Origin: a virus
Lineage: Duplodnaviria; Caudoviricetes
Reading direction: 5' to 3' (one strand)
DNA length: 64,000 nucleotides
IMG/VR virus record: IMGVR_UViG_3300035703_002708
In this document: positions 28,330 to 40,200 of the stretch, in pieces
Position numbering within the stretch: the stretch's first letter is position 1
Layout of the letters: each line of letters begins with the position of its first letter
The notes under the pieces: model-generated
Seen by the model: the letters and a program-made list of their open reading frames with translations, nothing else
Database searches by the model: none
Told to the model about the DNA's origin: nothing
Position numbers and translations under genes: made by a program

Positions 28330-29554
28330 TATTTTTTTTATCTACAATTAATTTGTACCACTCGGCTCTCGCCTTTGTAACATTTCTCAAGTCGTATGTA
28401 TCTTTTACTGTTTCATACAAACGTTCGCCCAAATCTACAATCATATTTGTATTATCAATCAATTTTTTAATGTTTTTTGCCCAATCACTATGATTTCTTG
28501 ATTCAGGAACTAATAGTGCGTTTCCATCTGTGAATTGACCGTTCTTAAGTGCATGTTTCAAATCTATAGTGTAAGGACCAACTTCTGATGCAATTAACGC
28601 CTTTTTATAGAATCCCGCTTCAATAACTTTTAGTTGAGATTTGACTATATTAAACATATGACTCTTAATCGGAGCAATTGAGATGTCAAATTTAGAATAA
28701 TTTCTTGCATATTGTGTGATATGTTTTGTCCAAACCCTTCTATAATTTTCATTTTTCTCATTTTCAAACGGTTCTTCCACGAATTTATCCAAAAACAATT
28801 TATATTCAGGAGTGATGATTTGGTACTTGTTTGTAAAAATTTCTTCGTACTTAGCCCACACAGTTTCATGTGGTTGGATTGGACGTTGTTTTTGTTCACC
28901 TGTTTGTTTGTTAATTTCAGTGATGGTTCCCCTTGTGTCAAATCCACAAACAACATATTGAATTTTGTCTTGTATTGGTGATAATTTAGAGACCATACCC
29001 TCTAACAACATCAAGTCATGTAAGTGCGAAGAACCTCCTAACCAACCAATTCTTATTTTGTCAGACTTTTCTGTTGGTTCATTAAACTGTGGTTCAGATG
29101 GGTCAATTGCATTTGGGAAAATCTCGACATTTTTGTTAATTTTCTTTAATTCATTTGCGAAAATAGTTGTAGTGGTAGTTACGTAATCGGGATGTTTTAA
29201 GTTTTCTACGATTTTTTCGTTAATCTTATTTTGACGAATAATATCGTGAATAGGGTGTTCTTTACCTGGCATCCAATAATCGTCGATATCAATGACTGTA
29301 ACTATACCTAACGACTTTAACATCCTAACAATATTAGGTGTGTGTTCATAAACATTTCCGATATTACGGTGGATGTGAACAATCTGATATTGTTTCCAAT
29401 AATTTATATCATTAATTCGTGGTTCATAGTCAATATCTACATGAAAATCATCAGGATACATATTTTGTAACATTACGTGGGGGTCAACAGACCTGAATTT
29501 ACCTACCCCCGTTTTGTCCGACGGTAGAACTAACACTTTAATTTTTTCGCTCAT
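28292..29554 (-). CDS. glycosyltransferase, GT-B fold
   Basis: GVGKFRS.DP, IDIDDYW, FPNAID, RIGWLGGSSH, DISIAP, KSQLKVIEAG; start at ATG 29554. Confidence 0.8.
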   Translation of the reverse strand: MSEKIKVLVLPSDKTGVGKFRSVDPHVMLQNMYPDDFHVDIDYEPRINDINYWKQYQIVHIHRNIGNVYEHTPNIVRMLKSLGIVTVIDIDDYWMPGKEHPIHDIIRQNKINEKIVENLKHPDYVTTTTTIFANELKKINKNVEIFPNAIDPSEPQFNEPTEKSDKIRIGWLGGSSHLHDLMLLEGMVSKLSPIQDKIQYVVCGFDTRGTITEINKQTGEQKQRPIQPHETVWAKYEEIFTNKYQIITPEYKLFLDKFVEEPFENEKNENYRRVWTKHITQYARNYSKFDISIAPIKSHMFNIVKSQLKVIEAGFYKKALIASEVGPYTIDLKHALKNGQFTDGNALLVPESRNHSDWAKNIKKLIDNTNMIVDLGERLYETVKDTYDLRNVTKARAEWYKLIVDKKNNAQHTLNENFVS

Positions 29555-29569
29555 ATAAAATAGATTTGT

Positions 29570-29602
29570 CAAAAATATAGAGATGTTATATTAGAATATC
29601 AA
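29570..29602 (-). promoter_or_regulatory. Bacteroidota-type promoter heading the glycan operon
   Basis: Minus strand TATTTTTG (29577-29570) with TTG 22 nt upstream, located right after a terminator. Confidence 0.55.
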
Positions 29603-29610
29603 CATACCTA

Positions 29611-29645
29611 AAACAAAAAACCCCAACTAATGTGTCGGGGTTTCT
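29611..29645 (-). terminator. intrinsic terminator
   Basis: Minus strand AAACCCCGAC-acatta-GTTGGGGTTT followed by a T-tract; downstream of 29667..30269. Confidence 0.85.
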
Positions 29646-29666
29646 TCCTAAAAATAATACTAAAAC

Positions 29667-30269
29667 TTAACTAACCTTTTTTATCTTAGTTAACTTCCCT
29701 TCAAAAATATGATTACCTACTTTGAAAGTAAAGTTATCTTTGGTTCGTTGAGTTGATTCTATTAATAATCCGTTTTCTCTGAGAACTTCCTCCACAGTTT
29801 CTCTTACTATCGACGCGATTTCATTTTTATCAATTGATGGAGTCTCGATGTGTTTTGGAAGTGGTCCTGTCGTTTTTTTACCTTCAGTAACTTTTTGTTT
29901 TTCAGTACCCATTAATCTTGATGCCTTTGCAACTAAATCATCTGACAAAGTAGGTCCTGTTTGTTGTGGTTGATTAATTGGATGTTCCATCATTAATCTT
30001 TTTATTTCGTCAGGTAACTTTGAATTTTTTATTTTTTCTTCAGTAATAGGTCCTGGGTTTGTATTTACAGGTCTACTTACTTGTTGCTCACTAAGAAATT
30101 CAGATGGTATATTGTAAGATGCCGCTGGAGTGTCAAAACTTTGTAATTCAGGTGCCGACAAAGTCGAGATATCACTTTCACTTACATTACCTCTAGGCAT
30201 TTCTTTGTGTTTATCCATGATTTTTTTTGAAATCATCAACTTTTGTATCAAATCGTTTTCTGTTCTCAT
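29667..30269 (-). CDS. hypothetical protein (200 aa), possible virion internal protein
   Basis: ATG ORF with several (V/L/I)xE motifs. Confidence 0.75.
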   Translation of the reverse strand: MRTENDLIQKLMISKKIMDKHKEMPRGNVSESDISTLSAPELQSFDTPAASYNIPSEFLSEQQVSRPVNTNPGPITEEKIKNSKLPDEIKRLMMEHPINQPQQTGPTLSDDLVAKASRLMGTEKQKVTEGKKTTGPLPKHIETPSIDKNEIASIVRETVEEVLRENGLLIESTQRTKDNFTFKVGNHIFEGKLTKIKKVS

Positions 30270-30658
30270 GCTTGTTGGTCAAATTGTGCATTTATTAAAA
30301 CTTTGGTCATACTTCTATCACCATTAAAATTATAGTTAGGTCTTGGTTCCTCAAAATTTTCTTCGGTTGGTCTGAACATAGTAATTTTATCTAATCTAAA
30401 AAGACGCCATCCAGGAAGTGGTTGTTTTCCTTTAAAGGCCGTATGCGACGCCCCTTCAAAATCCCAAGCCCTTAAAACCAAGTTACCCGCCTTACTATAC
30501 CCTAAACAAACAGGTTCAATCTCTCTTAATCCTTTTCCTCCTGGTTCATCTCCGATATAATAAATTATACATTTATTTTTTTTGGAAATAGCATCCCTAA
30601 CGGCACCCAAAGATGCCACTTCTAAAATAAGGTTTTTAAGGGAGTTGTAAAGTTTCAT
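30266..30658 (-). CDS. stand-alone WYL-domain-like protein
   Basis: AISKKNKCIIYY, REIEP..LG, LRAWD, WRLFRLDKI. Confidence 0.75.
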   Translation of the reverse strand: MKLYNSLKNLILEVASLGAVRDAISKKNKCIIYYIGDEPGGKGLREIEPVCLGYSKAGNLVLRAWDFEGASHTAFKGKQPLPGWRLFRLDKITMFRPTEENFEEPRPNYNFNGDRSMTKVLINAQFDQQA

Positions 30659-30948
30659 TAAACACTTGGAGTTGTGTATGGTTTGTTTGATTGATAAAAA
30701 TTAATCTTGATTTGGTCTTTTCTTGCTGTTTTGTCTTCTGATGAACCACCATTTAAAATGTCCAAGAAAATACCAGTACCTTTACCAAACAAGTCACCAT
30801 CCGAAATCGCATCTTTATTTACAGATGAATATTCGTTTGCCGATTGTTTGTAGTCGTTAATTTTTATACCATTTGTTCTTTCTGTTTGACCGATTTGACC
30901 CAACGTGTTTAGAGGTTGAGAGAAATCAATTGGAAAATAAGCTGCCAT
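30658..30948 (-). CDS. hypothetical protein (96 aa)
   Basis: Translationally coupled ORF. Confidence 0.7.
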   Translation of the reverse strand: MAAYFPIDFSQPLNTLGQIGQTERTNGIKINDYKQSANEYSSVNKDAISDGDLFGKGTGIFLDILNGGSSEDKTARKDQIKINFYQSNKPYTTPSV

Positions 30949-30949
30949 G

Positions 30950-31408
30950 TTAAATTATTTTTTTCATTAAGTAGTTTATCCTTTTCAGGTCTTCTTTTAA
31001 TTCGTTATTTATTTTGTTATGAGATTTACTAGGTCTGTTCATAGAACTCATATCGTCTTTTTGATGTGTTTTATTAAACTGATTTGGTAAACCCGCTTCT
31101 TGTTTATTCTTCTTTACATTATAAATATCATCTCGGAGAAATCTTAGAGTTTCGTTAACCCAATTTTTCATATAATCTCCACCATTTAATATGTAAGTCT
31201 TTTCTTGAACATCTCCTTTGAAGTTATCAAAGTAGTTTTTAATTCTTTTCAATTGTTGGTATGAAATTTCATCAGAGTCTTGTAGTTCTTTGTTTCTTTT
31301 GTGTCCTTCATCGTTTGATTCCGAACTCACAGAGTTGAACGAATTACGCATGTGTTCGCGTATTTCATCAGGAACTTTTACCTTTTTATCGTATAAATCC
31401 TTATTCAC
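30950..31408 (-). CDS. conserved phage hypothetical protein (152 aa)
   Basis: SYQQLKRIKNYF...NGGDYMKNWV resembles an unannotated domain seen in phage head-associated proteins. Confidence 0.65.
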   Translation of the reverse strand: MNKDLYDKKVKVPDEIREHMRNSFNSVSSESNDEGHKRNKELQDSDEISYQQLKRIKNYFDNFKGDVQEKTYILNGGDYMKNWVNETLRFLRDDIYNVKKNKQEAGLPNQFNKTHQKDDMSSMNRPSKSHNKINNELKEDLKRINYLMKKII

Positions 31409-32222
31409 TTTTTAACATCTTAACAAGTTGATTAATAGATATACCTTCTTTTTCTGCCATTTTTTTAATCGATTCCAAATTCTTTTTTAGAATTTTTGAT
31501 GACGGATGTTCTTTTTTAACAACATCAGCATCGTCAGAATTTCTTTTTGATAAAATGTCTTCCAACATTTTTTTCATCTCGAGTTTTTCCATTTCAGATA
31601 AAGTAAGTTTTCCAACAAATCCTTTTTTGTTTTTAAATTTTGATTTACTATCTCTTTTACCTGTAGGGTCTTTACCGAATTGTTTTGTTCTGTCTTTTGC
31701 CTCTTCGGGTTCCATACCCATTTTTTTAACCAAAGTTTTGTAAGTTTTTTTTCCATCCAAATCTTTCGTTTCCTCATAACCAAAAGCGTCAGAATAATCT
31801 ACTTCATTAACGACAGGTTCCTCTTCTTTTGATTCACCATAATAAACACGGTAACCTCTTGTAACAGGGTTGTTTGTTTGTCTTGTTGCAGGAACCGTTT
31901 GGTCCATAGTTCTACGAGGATGCATAGATAAATCTAATATTGGTGTGGATGATGTAGACATCGTTCCATCAGGGTCTATTAATTCATCCAATTCTTTTTC
32001 TACCTCGTCAGTAGATTGCGGTTTTTTCTTTTTTGATAAAATTTTTGATATAAGAGATTTAACTTTTGGACTATCTTTTTTTTCGAAGTCTATTTTTCTG
32101 TCTTTTTTTCTTGATTCTGTTAAAGTTTCTTCTACAGAATAATACAAAGAAATTTTGTCTCCCTTATCTTTTAGGTAGAAATAATATGGTGAACTATAAT
32201 ATTCTTGATTATAATTTATCAT
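31401..32222 (-). CDS. hypothetical charged protein (273 aa)
   Basis: First gene of the minus-strand block; preceded by TATTTAT. Confidence 0.7.
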   Translation of the reverse strand: MINYNQEYYSSPYYFYLKDKGDKISLYYSVEETLTESRKKDRKIDFEKKDSPKVKSLISKILSKKKKPQSTDEVEKELDELIDPDGTMSTSSTPILDLSMHPRRTMDQTVPATRQTNNPVTRGYRVYYGESKEEEPVVNEVDYSDAFGYEETKDLDGKKTYKTLVKKMGMEPEEAKDRTKQFGKDPTGKRDSKSKFKNKKGFVGKLTLSEMEKLEMKKMLEDILSKRNSDDADVVKKEHPSSKILKKNLESIKKMAEKEGISINQLVKMLKSE

Positions 32223-32233
32223 GGTTTTTTACA

Positions 32234-32260
32234 ATAAATACTATGATATCGTGTATTTAT
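32234..32260. promoter_or_regulatory. back-to-back TATTTAT motifs at the divergent junction
   Basis: ATAAATA at 32234-32240 (11 nt before minus ATG 32222) and TATTTAT at 32254-32260 (15 nt before plus ATG 32276). Confidence 0.65.
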
Positions 32261-32275
32261 CTATAAAAAAATAGA

Positions 32276-35200
32276 ATGGCTCAACAAAACATTAACCAAT
32301 TTGTTTTTAAGAAGTTTTATGTAAGTCCCCATTTTTTGAGTTTGACCGATATCTCGTTAGCATCCGATGAATTGGACTTTAACGAGGAGGTGGTTTTTTC
32401 ACCTTATTTGATTGCTCAGACCTACGGGAACCGTCTGCCATTCTATTTTGATTTAAGTTCGACAGGAACAACTCAACAACCGATTTTGACTTATGGTAAT
32501 TATGACACCTCAAATGTTATAGTTTCTGAAAATTATTATAATCCCGAAAATTTAGATTTAAGTTGTTTTACGGCACAAACCGCATGTGATATAGGACTTA
32601 CAGGTATAGACAATGGTCTTGTAACGGGAATGACTGGACAGTCCATCACATTTACAAATGGATTATTAGATGATTCACAAAAATTTGATAGATTAAGTTT
32701 TGATAGAAGATTAAAACTTTTTCAAGTTACGGGATATACCTCACAAAATATTCAATTTTCAGGTATAACAGGTAGAACACTTTTTGAGATAGTTTCTAAA
32801 ACAGGAACAACCGAAGGATATTACCAAGAACTATACGGAGGTTTTTATCAAGGTTTTTACAAATTATTTGGTTACGACTATGATATCTTTCCAAGTAGAA
32901 TGAATAAAGGTTGGGCGGTTGAAATGGTATTGAAACCCCGACTTTCCAACGAATATGCTCCATCTTCAGGAGAAACAACACTTAACGAAATTTATCCTGA
33001 TAACAAAAATACATTTTTTTATTTTGGTACAAGGGCTGAAAATAAATTTGGTCATCACGCATCAGGAAGTCCCGCATCTGATAGTGGATATACAAGAGTA
33101 ACACAAGGATTAGAAACTTGTTTGAAAACTTGTGCGTGTGCTGATACAGGAGTAACAAATTCTAGATGTGTTGATGTTTATGAGCCATCAGGAGAAACAA
33201 TTGTTCATAACGTAAATTGTAATTGTGGTTGTAATAACGCAACTATCGAAAATACTCCTGACAAAGACCCACTTTTAGATTCAATCTCAAACGCAATTTC
33301 TTTTAGATTATGTGGTGATGATGAATCAAATCCAAAAATTGGTGTAAGAATACTCAGATATACAGGTGGATGTGAAACTACAGGAAGTTGTGATACATCT
33401 GGTATTACATACACAACAGGATATACTGTTGATGAATATTGTAGTGAAAATGGAATTTACGATTATTGTTTGACCAAAAATTCGGCTTACACAAATTCTG
33501 AACATTGGTTTTTGGTTGATATTGTGTGGGAACGTTATACATGGCTAGACACCTGTGATTTATTTTACAGAGGTGGGTTAGGCGACATATCAAAATTTGT
33601 CTATTTAGATTCGTTAGCGAATAATTCAGTTTACCTAATTGAACCTCCAGCAACTAAAAGCGGAGCAACTCCACCTGAACAAATAGAAATCGTAAGATTA
33701 AATGAGAAGTGGTTATTGGATAAACAGTACCGTATGGGTAGATTAAAAATCTACGTAAATGGTAAAATATTCTATACGGTAGAAGATGTTGAGGAGATTA
33801 TACCGAGAGCACTTGACACATATAAAGAAAGACAACTTGGTGTTCCTTTTAATATATCGTGGGGTGGTGGTACGATTGGTCTACGAGAAAATTTAACGTT
33901 TTCAGCATGTCCGACTGGAACTACCAATGTTTACATTCAAGACCCTGAATTATTTCCTAATAATGTTTTAAGTGCCACTTCATTATCATCACTTACTACA
34001 AACATTTTAATCGAACCTAATTTTGCAGGTACCTTTGATGGGGGTATCTCACAATTCAGAATGTATGTTTCTCCCTTATCGGCTCCGGAAGTAAAACATA
34101 ATTTTGAATTACTAAAAACAAAATTTAGTTTATTCAATCCTGATTGTCCTAATTGTAATATTACATGTTTGGAAGATGATTTTACGTACACAATCTTTCC
34201 AACACCAACGCCAACAAATACTCCGACAAACACTATAACACCAACCGAAACGGTAACACCTACAGCCACACCAACGCCCACTAAGACTTTAACACAAACA
34301 CCAACAAACACAGTAACACCATCGGTAACCAAAACAGTAACTCCATCTATAACTTTAACAAAATCGTTACCTGTAACACCAATTTCGACAAATACACCAA
34401 CAAAAACATCAACACCAACTAATACTGTCACTAAAACTTCTCAACCTACAGTTACTCCAACACCAACAATTTCTTTAACCTCAACTCCTGAACCAACCCC
34501 TATTCCTACCTCAACTACAACAAAATCACCGACCCCTACCAACACAATAACTAAAACTTCGATTGTTGAGGAAACTAATACGCCAACACCAACTATTTCT
34601 TTAACCTCAACTCCTGAATCAACACCTATTCCCACTTCAACTACAACCAAATCACCAACACCAACAAATACGATAACTAATACTACAACTATAACTAACA
34701 CACAAACAATCACATCGTTACCAACATCAACACCTGAAAGAACTCCTCTACCAACAAGCACTCCAACAAAAACACCAACAACTACCGTAACAATAACCCC
34801 TACGATAACTCAAACCAGTACAACAACAAAAACACCAACGGCTACAAATACTCAGACTCCTACAATTACAAAAACATTAAGTCAGACACCCACAATTACA
34901 AATACAGCAACTATAACATTATCTCAAACCCCTACCGAAACTCAAACTCCAACAGTTACAAAAACAAGCACTCAAACCCCGACAACAACTATAACTCAAA
35001 CAAGTACTCAAACACCAACCAAAACAGAAACACCAACAGTAACTCAAACTCCAACAGTAACTCAAACTCCAACAACAACGCCGACAGTTACTAAAACCCA
35101 AACAACAACACCGACAGTAACTAAAACCCAAACTCAAACACAAACCGTTACTAATACCGTAACCTCTTCAATCACGCCAACACGCACTCCCAAAAATACA

Positions 35201-37264
35201 TCTTTACCAACAAGTACCCCTACAAGAACTCAAACTCAGACGGCAACTGTTACCGCGACAAATACTGTTACTCCAACTGTAACAACCACAATTACAAAAA
35301 CCCCAACTCAAACTGTTACCACTACTAAGACACAAACTCAAACACCAACTGTAACAAAAACTCAAACTCAAACTCAGACGCCAACAAAAACTCAAACTCA
35401 AACACCGACAATAACAAAAACAAATACTCAAACACAAACACCTACCAAAACGGTTACATCAACACCAACTGTTACCTCAACTATTACACCATCTATAACT
35501 CAAACAAAAACACCTCCAAACACTCCTTTACCGACTAACACCCCGACTAAGACAACGACACAAACACCTACCACCACACAAACTCAAACTCAAACGTCAA
35601 CAGTAACTCAAACAGTTACTACGACACCAACTTTGACATCAACAGTAACCTCAACAGTAACACAAACAGTTACTAACACAGTTACACCGACACCAACAAA
35701 TACAGTTACACCAACGGTTACCACAACCCCAACGGTTACAAAAACCCCAACATCGACAGTTACTCAAACTATTACTAATACACAAACCGTAACATTAACT
35801 AAATCAAATACTCCGACATTAACATCAACATTCGGTAAAACTCCTTTACCGTCAAACACACCAACAAAAACTAGTACTCAAACGCCAACTGTGACCTCAA
35901 CTGTTACAACAACCCCTACAATAACTAAAACAACAACTCCAAGCCAATCTATTACTCCGACTAACACTCCTACAAGTACTTTAACTCCAACCGTAACCAA
36001 AACTGTTACTGTTTCACCAACAGTCACTATTACACCATCTATAACTCCAAGTCAAAGAGCGAGTATTTTAGCGGATGTATTGTGTAATTGTTCAGGTAAC
36101 ACAACTAGAAACATTTACGTATTCTATGATGGTTCAGGGTCTTACGAGGATTCACTATTGCAAGATGTATCTTTAAGTGTGAGGATGTGGTATTCAGGTC
36201 TTACAACAAATAGTGGTTGGACAGGTAACTTATATGAAATGGTAATTTGGGACGAGAGATGGATTTCATGGCCGATTTATCCAATAATTGGAAGTTTGTC
36301 GGGGGGTAGTGTTGGTGCCACCTATATAAGTAATGATTCTTTATTATATAGTGGTATAACAAATGATACTGTTGTTAAACAAACTATAAATAATGGATAT
36401 GAATTTGGAAATTTTGGTGTTAGCGACCCATACGGTTCTCAAGGTGTTCCATTCAATAAATCTGAACTTACAAACTTTAGTACTTCGGGTAATTTCACCC
36501 CTGAAACAGATAGTTTTATATCTATATGTGTAATTAATGAATCTTCACCTGTTTATACACAAACAGGTTCCACTTTGTCTAGTGGAAACACAGGTAATTT
36601 ACCCACAACATTCTATATAAATCAAACGGGTGTTCAGAAAGATTACAACAATTACTTGACGGCTTGGAGTTATTTCACAAATACATTAGGTAAAAACTTG
36701 AATAATTTATTATTCGTAAATCCTAACGGTAATTTGATTGAGGGATTCCAAACAATTGAAGCTCAATCATTCCAATTTATATTTGAATCTTTGGCAATAA
36801 TTGAAGGCCAAACAAGGTCGTCAAGTTATTTCTCAAATTATAACTTCAACGGAGGTGTATGGCCGAATATAAATTCTGAATTAGGTAATGATTGGACATT
36901 TGTCACATTACAAACAGTAAATCCTTTTAGTACATATACAAGTTTAACGGGATACACATCACTCAATGTGGTAAATCAGAATGGTGCGGGATTAATTAAC
37001 TTTGATTGGAGAATCGACCCAACAGTAACTGACTTCAGTTCTAACACAATTCAAAATTCATTTAATAGATTCTTCAGTGGTGATAGTAGTGAATGTTTAT
37101 ATACCGACTCACCTTTACCGCCTCTGTCTATTGGTAATGCGGTTAAATTATCGGGTATAACAGGTTGTTGGGAATATAGAGGGGTTCAAGAAAGTTCAGT
37201 AGTTAGGACACCAATTTCTGTAACGGGTTCAACATCTACCAATTGCTCTTCTTGTACTCCATGA
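32276..37264 (+). CDS. large putative virion fibre protein: LamG/ConA-like region, mucin-like Thr/Pro stalk, vWA-like domain
   Basis: LKIYVNGK...[11 protein letters not shown] (LamG-like); about 620 aa of TPT repeats; [10 protein letters not shown] carries a MIDAS-type DxSxS. Confidence 0.75.
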   Translation: MAQQNINQFVFKKFYVSPHFLSLTDISLASDELDFNEEVVFSPYLIAQTYGNRLPFYFDLSSTGTTQQPILTYGNYDTSNVIVSENYYNPENLDLSCFTAQTACDIGLTGIDNGLVTGMTGQSITFTNGLLDDSQKFDRLSFDRRLKLFQVTGYTSQNIQFSGITGRTLFEIVSKTGTTEGYYQELYGGFYQGFYKLFGYDYDIFPSRMNKGWAVEMVLKPRLSNEYAPSSGETTLNEIYPDNKNTFFYFGTRAENKFGHHASGSPASDSGYTRVTQGLETCLKTCACADTGVTNSRCVDVYEPSGETIVHNVNCNCGCNNATIENTPDKDPLLDSISNAISFRLCGDDESNPKIGVRILRYTGGCETTGSCDTSGITYTTGYTVDEYCSENGIYDYCLTKNSAYTNSEHWFLVDIVWERYTWLDTCDLFYRGGLGDISKFVYLDSLANNSVYLIEPPATKSGATPPEQIEIVRLNEKWLLDKQYRMGRLKIYVNGKIFYTVEDVEEIIPRALDTYKERQLGVPFNISWGGGTIGLRENLTFSACPTGTTNVYIQDPELFPNNVLSATSLSSLTTNILIEPNFAGTFDGGISQFRMYVSPLSAPEVKHNFELLKTKFSLFNPDCPNCNITCLEDDFTYTIFPTPTPTNTPTNTITPTETVTPTATPTPTKTLTQTPTNTVTPSVTKTVTPSITLTKSLPVTPISTNTPTKTSTPTNTVTKTSQPTVTPTPTISLTSTPEPTPIPTSTTTKSPTPTNTITKTSIVEETNTPTPTISLTSTPESTPIPTSTTTKSPTPTNTITNTTTITNTQTITSLPTSTPERTPLPTSTPTKTPTTTVTITPTITQTSTTTKTPTATNTQTPTITKTLSQTPTITNTATITLSQTPTETQTPTVTKTSTQTPTTTITQTSTQTPTKTETPTVTQTPTVTQTPTTTPTVTKTQTTTPTVTKTQTQTQTVTNTVTSSITPTRTPKNTSLPTSTPTRTQTQTATVTATNTVTPTVTTTITKTPTQTVTTTKTQTQTPTVTKTQTQTQTPTKTQTQTPTITKTNTQTQTPTKTVTSTPTVTSTITPSITQTKTPPNTPLPTNTPTKTTTQTPTTTQTQTQTSTVTQTVTTTPTLTSTVTSTVTQTVTNTVTPTPTNTVTPTVTTTPTVTKTPTSTVTQTITNTQTVTLTKSNTPTLTSTFGKTPLPSNTPTKTSTQTPTVTSTVTTTPTITKTTTPSQSITPTNTPTSTLTPTVTKTVTVSPTVTITPSITPSQRASILADVLCNCSGNTTRNIYVFYDGSGSYEDSLLQDVSLSVRMWYSGLTTNSGWTGNLYEMVIWDERWISWPIYPIIGSLSGGSVGATYISNDSLLYSGITNDTVVKQTINNGYEFGNFGVSDPYGSQGVPFNKSELTNFSTSGNFTPETDSFISICVINESSPVYTQTGSTLSSGNTGNLPTTFYINQTGVQKDYNNYLTAWSYFTNTLGKNLNNLLFVNPNGNLIEGFQTIEAQSFQFIFESLAIIEGQTRSSSYFSNYNFNGGVWPNINSELGNDWTFVTLQTVNPFSTYTSLTGYTSLNVVNQNGAGLINFDWRIDPTVTDFSSNTIQNSFNRFFSGDSSECLYTDSPLPPLSIGNAVKLSGITGCWEYRGVQESSVVRTPISVTGSTSTNCSSCTP
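34199..36050 (+). repeat. coding low-complexity Thr/Pro (TPT, TQT, TKT) mucin-like region
   Basis: In-frame ACN/CCN-rich tract; includes a 126-nt-offset duplication (34457 vs 34583). Confidence 0.9.
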
Positions 37265-37271
37265 TATTTAT
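37265..37271 (+). promoter_or_regulatory. TATTTAT putative late-promoter motif
   Basis: 19 nt before ATG 37291. Confidence 0.55.
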
Positions 37272-37290
37272 ATTGTAAAATATAATTATC

Positions 37291-40200
37291 ATGTTAACCC
37301 CTACTCCAACGACCCCACAAAATGTGTACATTCCATACGTGTTTCTTGATTGTCGTACATCAAGTTTCGAAAAAGTATTTAACATAATATACTCATCATT
37401 CAATACTGGCGATATAGTTTCCTATGACGATGGTGGTGGGTCAAAGTGTTATTTTTTGACTTCTTCAACAGGTTCTACTGTTGGTGTGCATAATTTTGAC
37501 AATCCTGAGTATACAAGTGGGGATTGTTCAACATGTATGTCAGCATATTGTGATTCGATGGCCGCATATGACTTTGTAAGTTGTTGTACAAATGATTTAG
37601 ATAACTTAATAACATACGGTATATATTTACCAAATTTTTCCGCAGGTACTGAAGTTATAGTTGACCCTGATTCGGGGGATTATTACCGTATTTATAGCGC
37701 ATCTTCAAAAGGATATTCGTATTGTTTCGAGACTCCTAATTATAATTCATGTGTTGACGCTTATATTGCAAATAATAGACTACCTGAATGTGATAGTGTA
37801 ATAGTAAGAAGAGCTTTTAATTGTTGTTCTGGTGAAACCACACAACAAATATTTGTGGCTACCAATTTGGAAAGTGGGGACACATTTTCTTTTTCGGGAC
37901 AGTGTTGGACTGTCGGTCTCACTGGTTCAACTACTCCGATAACATTAATAAGTAGTGGTGAAACCATATACTCATCTTGCACTGATTGTTTAAATCAAAC
38001 AAAATTTGTTTATAACATCTCTAATTGTAATACAAGTATTGGTTATAGACCTGTTTGTTTTAACGAAGAATTAACGGTTGGTCAGTCATATTTGATGGAT
38101 GTTTCCATTGGTACAGGGCAGACATTTTCATCAACTTGTTTTAATGTAATAGATAGAGAGGATGATTGTACTTCTTGTTTTGAGAACAATAATTATGGTC
38201 AAATTTTGTATGAGGGGTTTCCTAGTTGTAATATGTGTGTTAACGGACCTACACCTACACCAACACCAACCATAACTCAAACATCTATGGGTTATATTTT
38301 GAATCAATATTCTTTCCAAATTACAGGTTTAACCGCGAGTACTGGTTCTACTTTATTTTTGGATATTAACAATGAACCTATTTCATCAGTAACTAATAAT
38401 TCTGTGGTTATACGAATAAACTATTTGGATATTTACGGTAATAATAAAATATCTAATTATTCTTCTTTTACGGGTCTAACTGATTTATATATTAAAATCG
38501 AACAGGGGGATAGTTACGTGACATTTTTTTTATCTGACGGTAGTTTATTAGAAATCGACCCTGTTAATAATAATATTAAAATCGACGGTTATAATAACCC
38601 CACAGATGTGATATTGTTAGATTACAACCTTGGTAAATTTGACAATAGACAGTTTGTTGACATTTATTTTGGAAGTTCTGTACCAAGTGAAACCTGTTTT
38701 GGTGTAATCGACACAGTTCAGGCAACAATACCTAATGGATATGATAGAATATTAATGGATGTGGGAGATGGTGCTTTTTATGGGTTTGAACCGGCACAAT
38801 TTTTTTTGGAAAATTCTTATTTATTAAATGGTAATGGGGTTCCTGTTGCCACTTCCGAAACACCGGGTATTTGGATGGCAACTATGGGAAATCCTGGTCC
38901 TCTAAGTAGGGTTGGAGTTAAGCGGGATTTTACAGAAATCGAGGTTGTTGGTTGCAATTGGTGGGGGATTAGTAGATGTATTAATACACCCGTATCTAAA
39001 TATTATTTTATAGGTGTCAGTGGTGATAACAATTGGAGATTATATTTAGATAATCAAAAATTAGTTGACACATCATTACTTTCACCGTGCGGTCCATCAC
39101 AATCAGGCGTTGTGGGTTGTGCATCATCGTTCTCCCTACCGGATTATCCGTTCGAAAGGTGGAGGGTTTACCAAGTTTTTTTGGAGGCCGGTTTCCATGT
39201 TATACAGGTAGTTAATCAAGATTGTAACGGTACCACAAGTTTAGGGTTTGAAATATATGATAATACTCTTGAGGAGTTATTAGGTGCTCAACAGTTAACT
39301 GATTTGAATATATTATTCACAACTAAGTTTTATAGAGATTTAATTGAAACTGGGGCGACTTTGTTTTTTGATGTTGTTATAAACAGGCAAACTAATCAAT
39401 ACACACAGAACGGTTATGGTTGTCCAAGTGGTTATACATACGGTTGTGGAAATTGCTATACATTTGGTAACATACCTTGCCCGACAATTACCCCGACTAA
39501 CACCCCTACAATAACCCCGAGTCCGACTATTACCCCAACCCAAACACCCACTAAAACTCTGACACCAACAAGAACACCGACACCAACACCGACCAAGAGA
39601 CCGATGATGTGTTTTGAGGTTGGTACCGATTATGCACCCTTTACAGGTGCTTGCTCAGAATTTAGTTCTGGTTCTATAAATGGTAAACCATATTGGTATC
39701 TACCCACCATAACTTGTGTTCATAATCAAATTTATAGGGTCGTGTGGAGTATAGTTAATAATAGGTGGGAACTAATAGATGGTAGTAATGTTGTATATTT
39801 TTACTTAAACTCACAATCAGAATACCCGGTTAGTACTCTTGCTAATCCGTGGGTTCGGATTGCGCCATTAGTCCCTCAAATGACAACATTCCCTATATCG
39901 TCTTCAATAGGGTTATGTGGGGCACCATCATTCAATATTGAACTACAACTATCCGACCCTTGGAGTGCGGTTACAGGAACAACATCGATTCTTGATAATT
40001 TTGGTGAGACTATTTTAGATATAAATGGGACTGACCTTCAAATTATCGGTAGTACAGTTGATATAAAGTATACTGGAGGTACGGTCGCGGAATGGGATAG
40101 ATTCGATGATTTAGTCAAATATACAGGGTCCACAGGAAAATATTTTTCAATACAACAGGATTCGTCATATGTAGTTTTTTTCATATCAGGCAGTTCTATA

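Noticed and set aside
12078-29554. Glycan operon as a host LPS/capsule island, implying a chromosomal or chimeric contig
   Set aside because: There is no flippase, polymerase, chain-length or export gene and no undecaprenyl-phosphate priming transferase. The operon is interleaved with phoH, dut and the sigma-like gene and has the same composition as the phage genes.
33937-35437. Minus-strand ORFs rich in VGV or CWC/LSL
   Set aside because: They are antisense shadows of ACN/CCN Thr-Pro codons in the 1662-aa gene; stop codons are scarce for compositional reasons.
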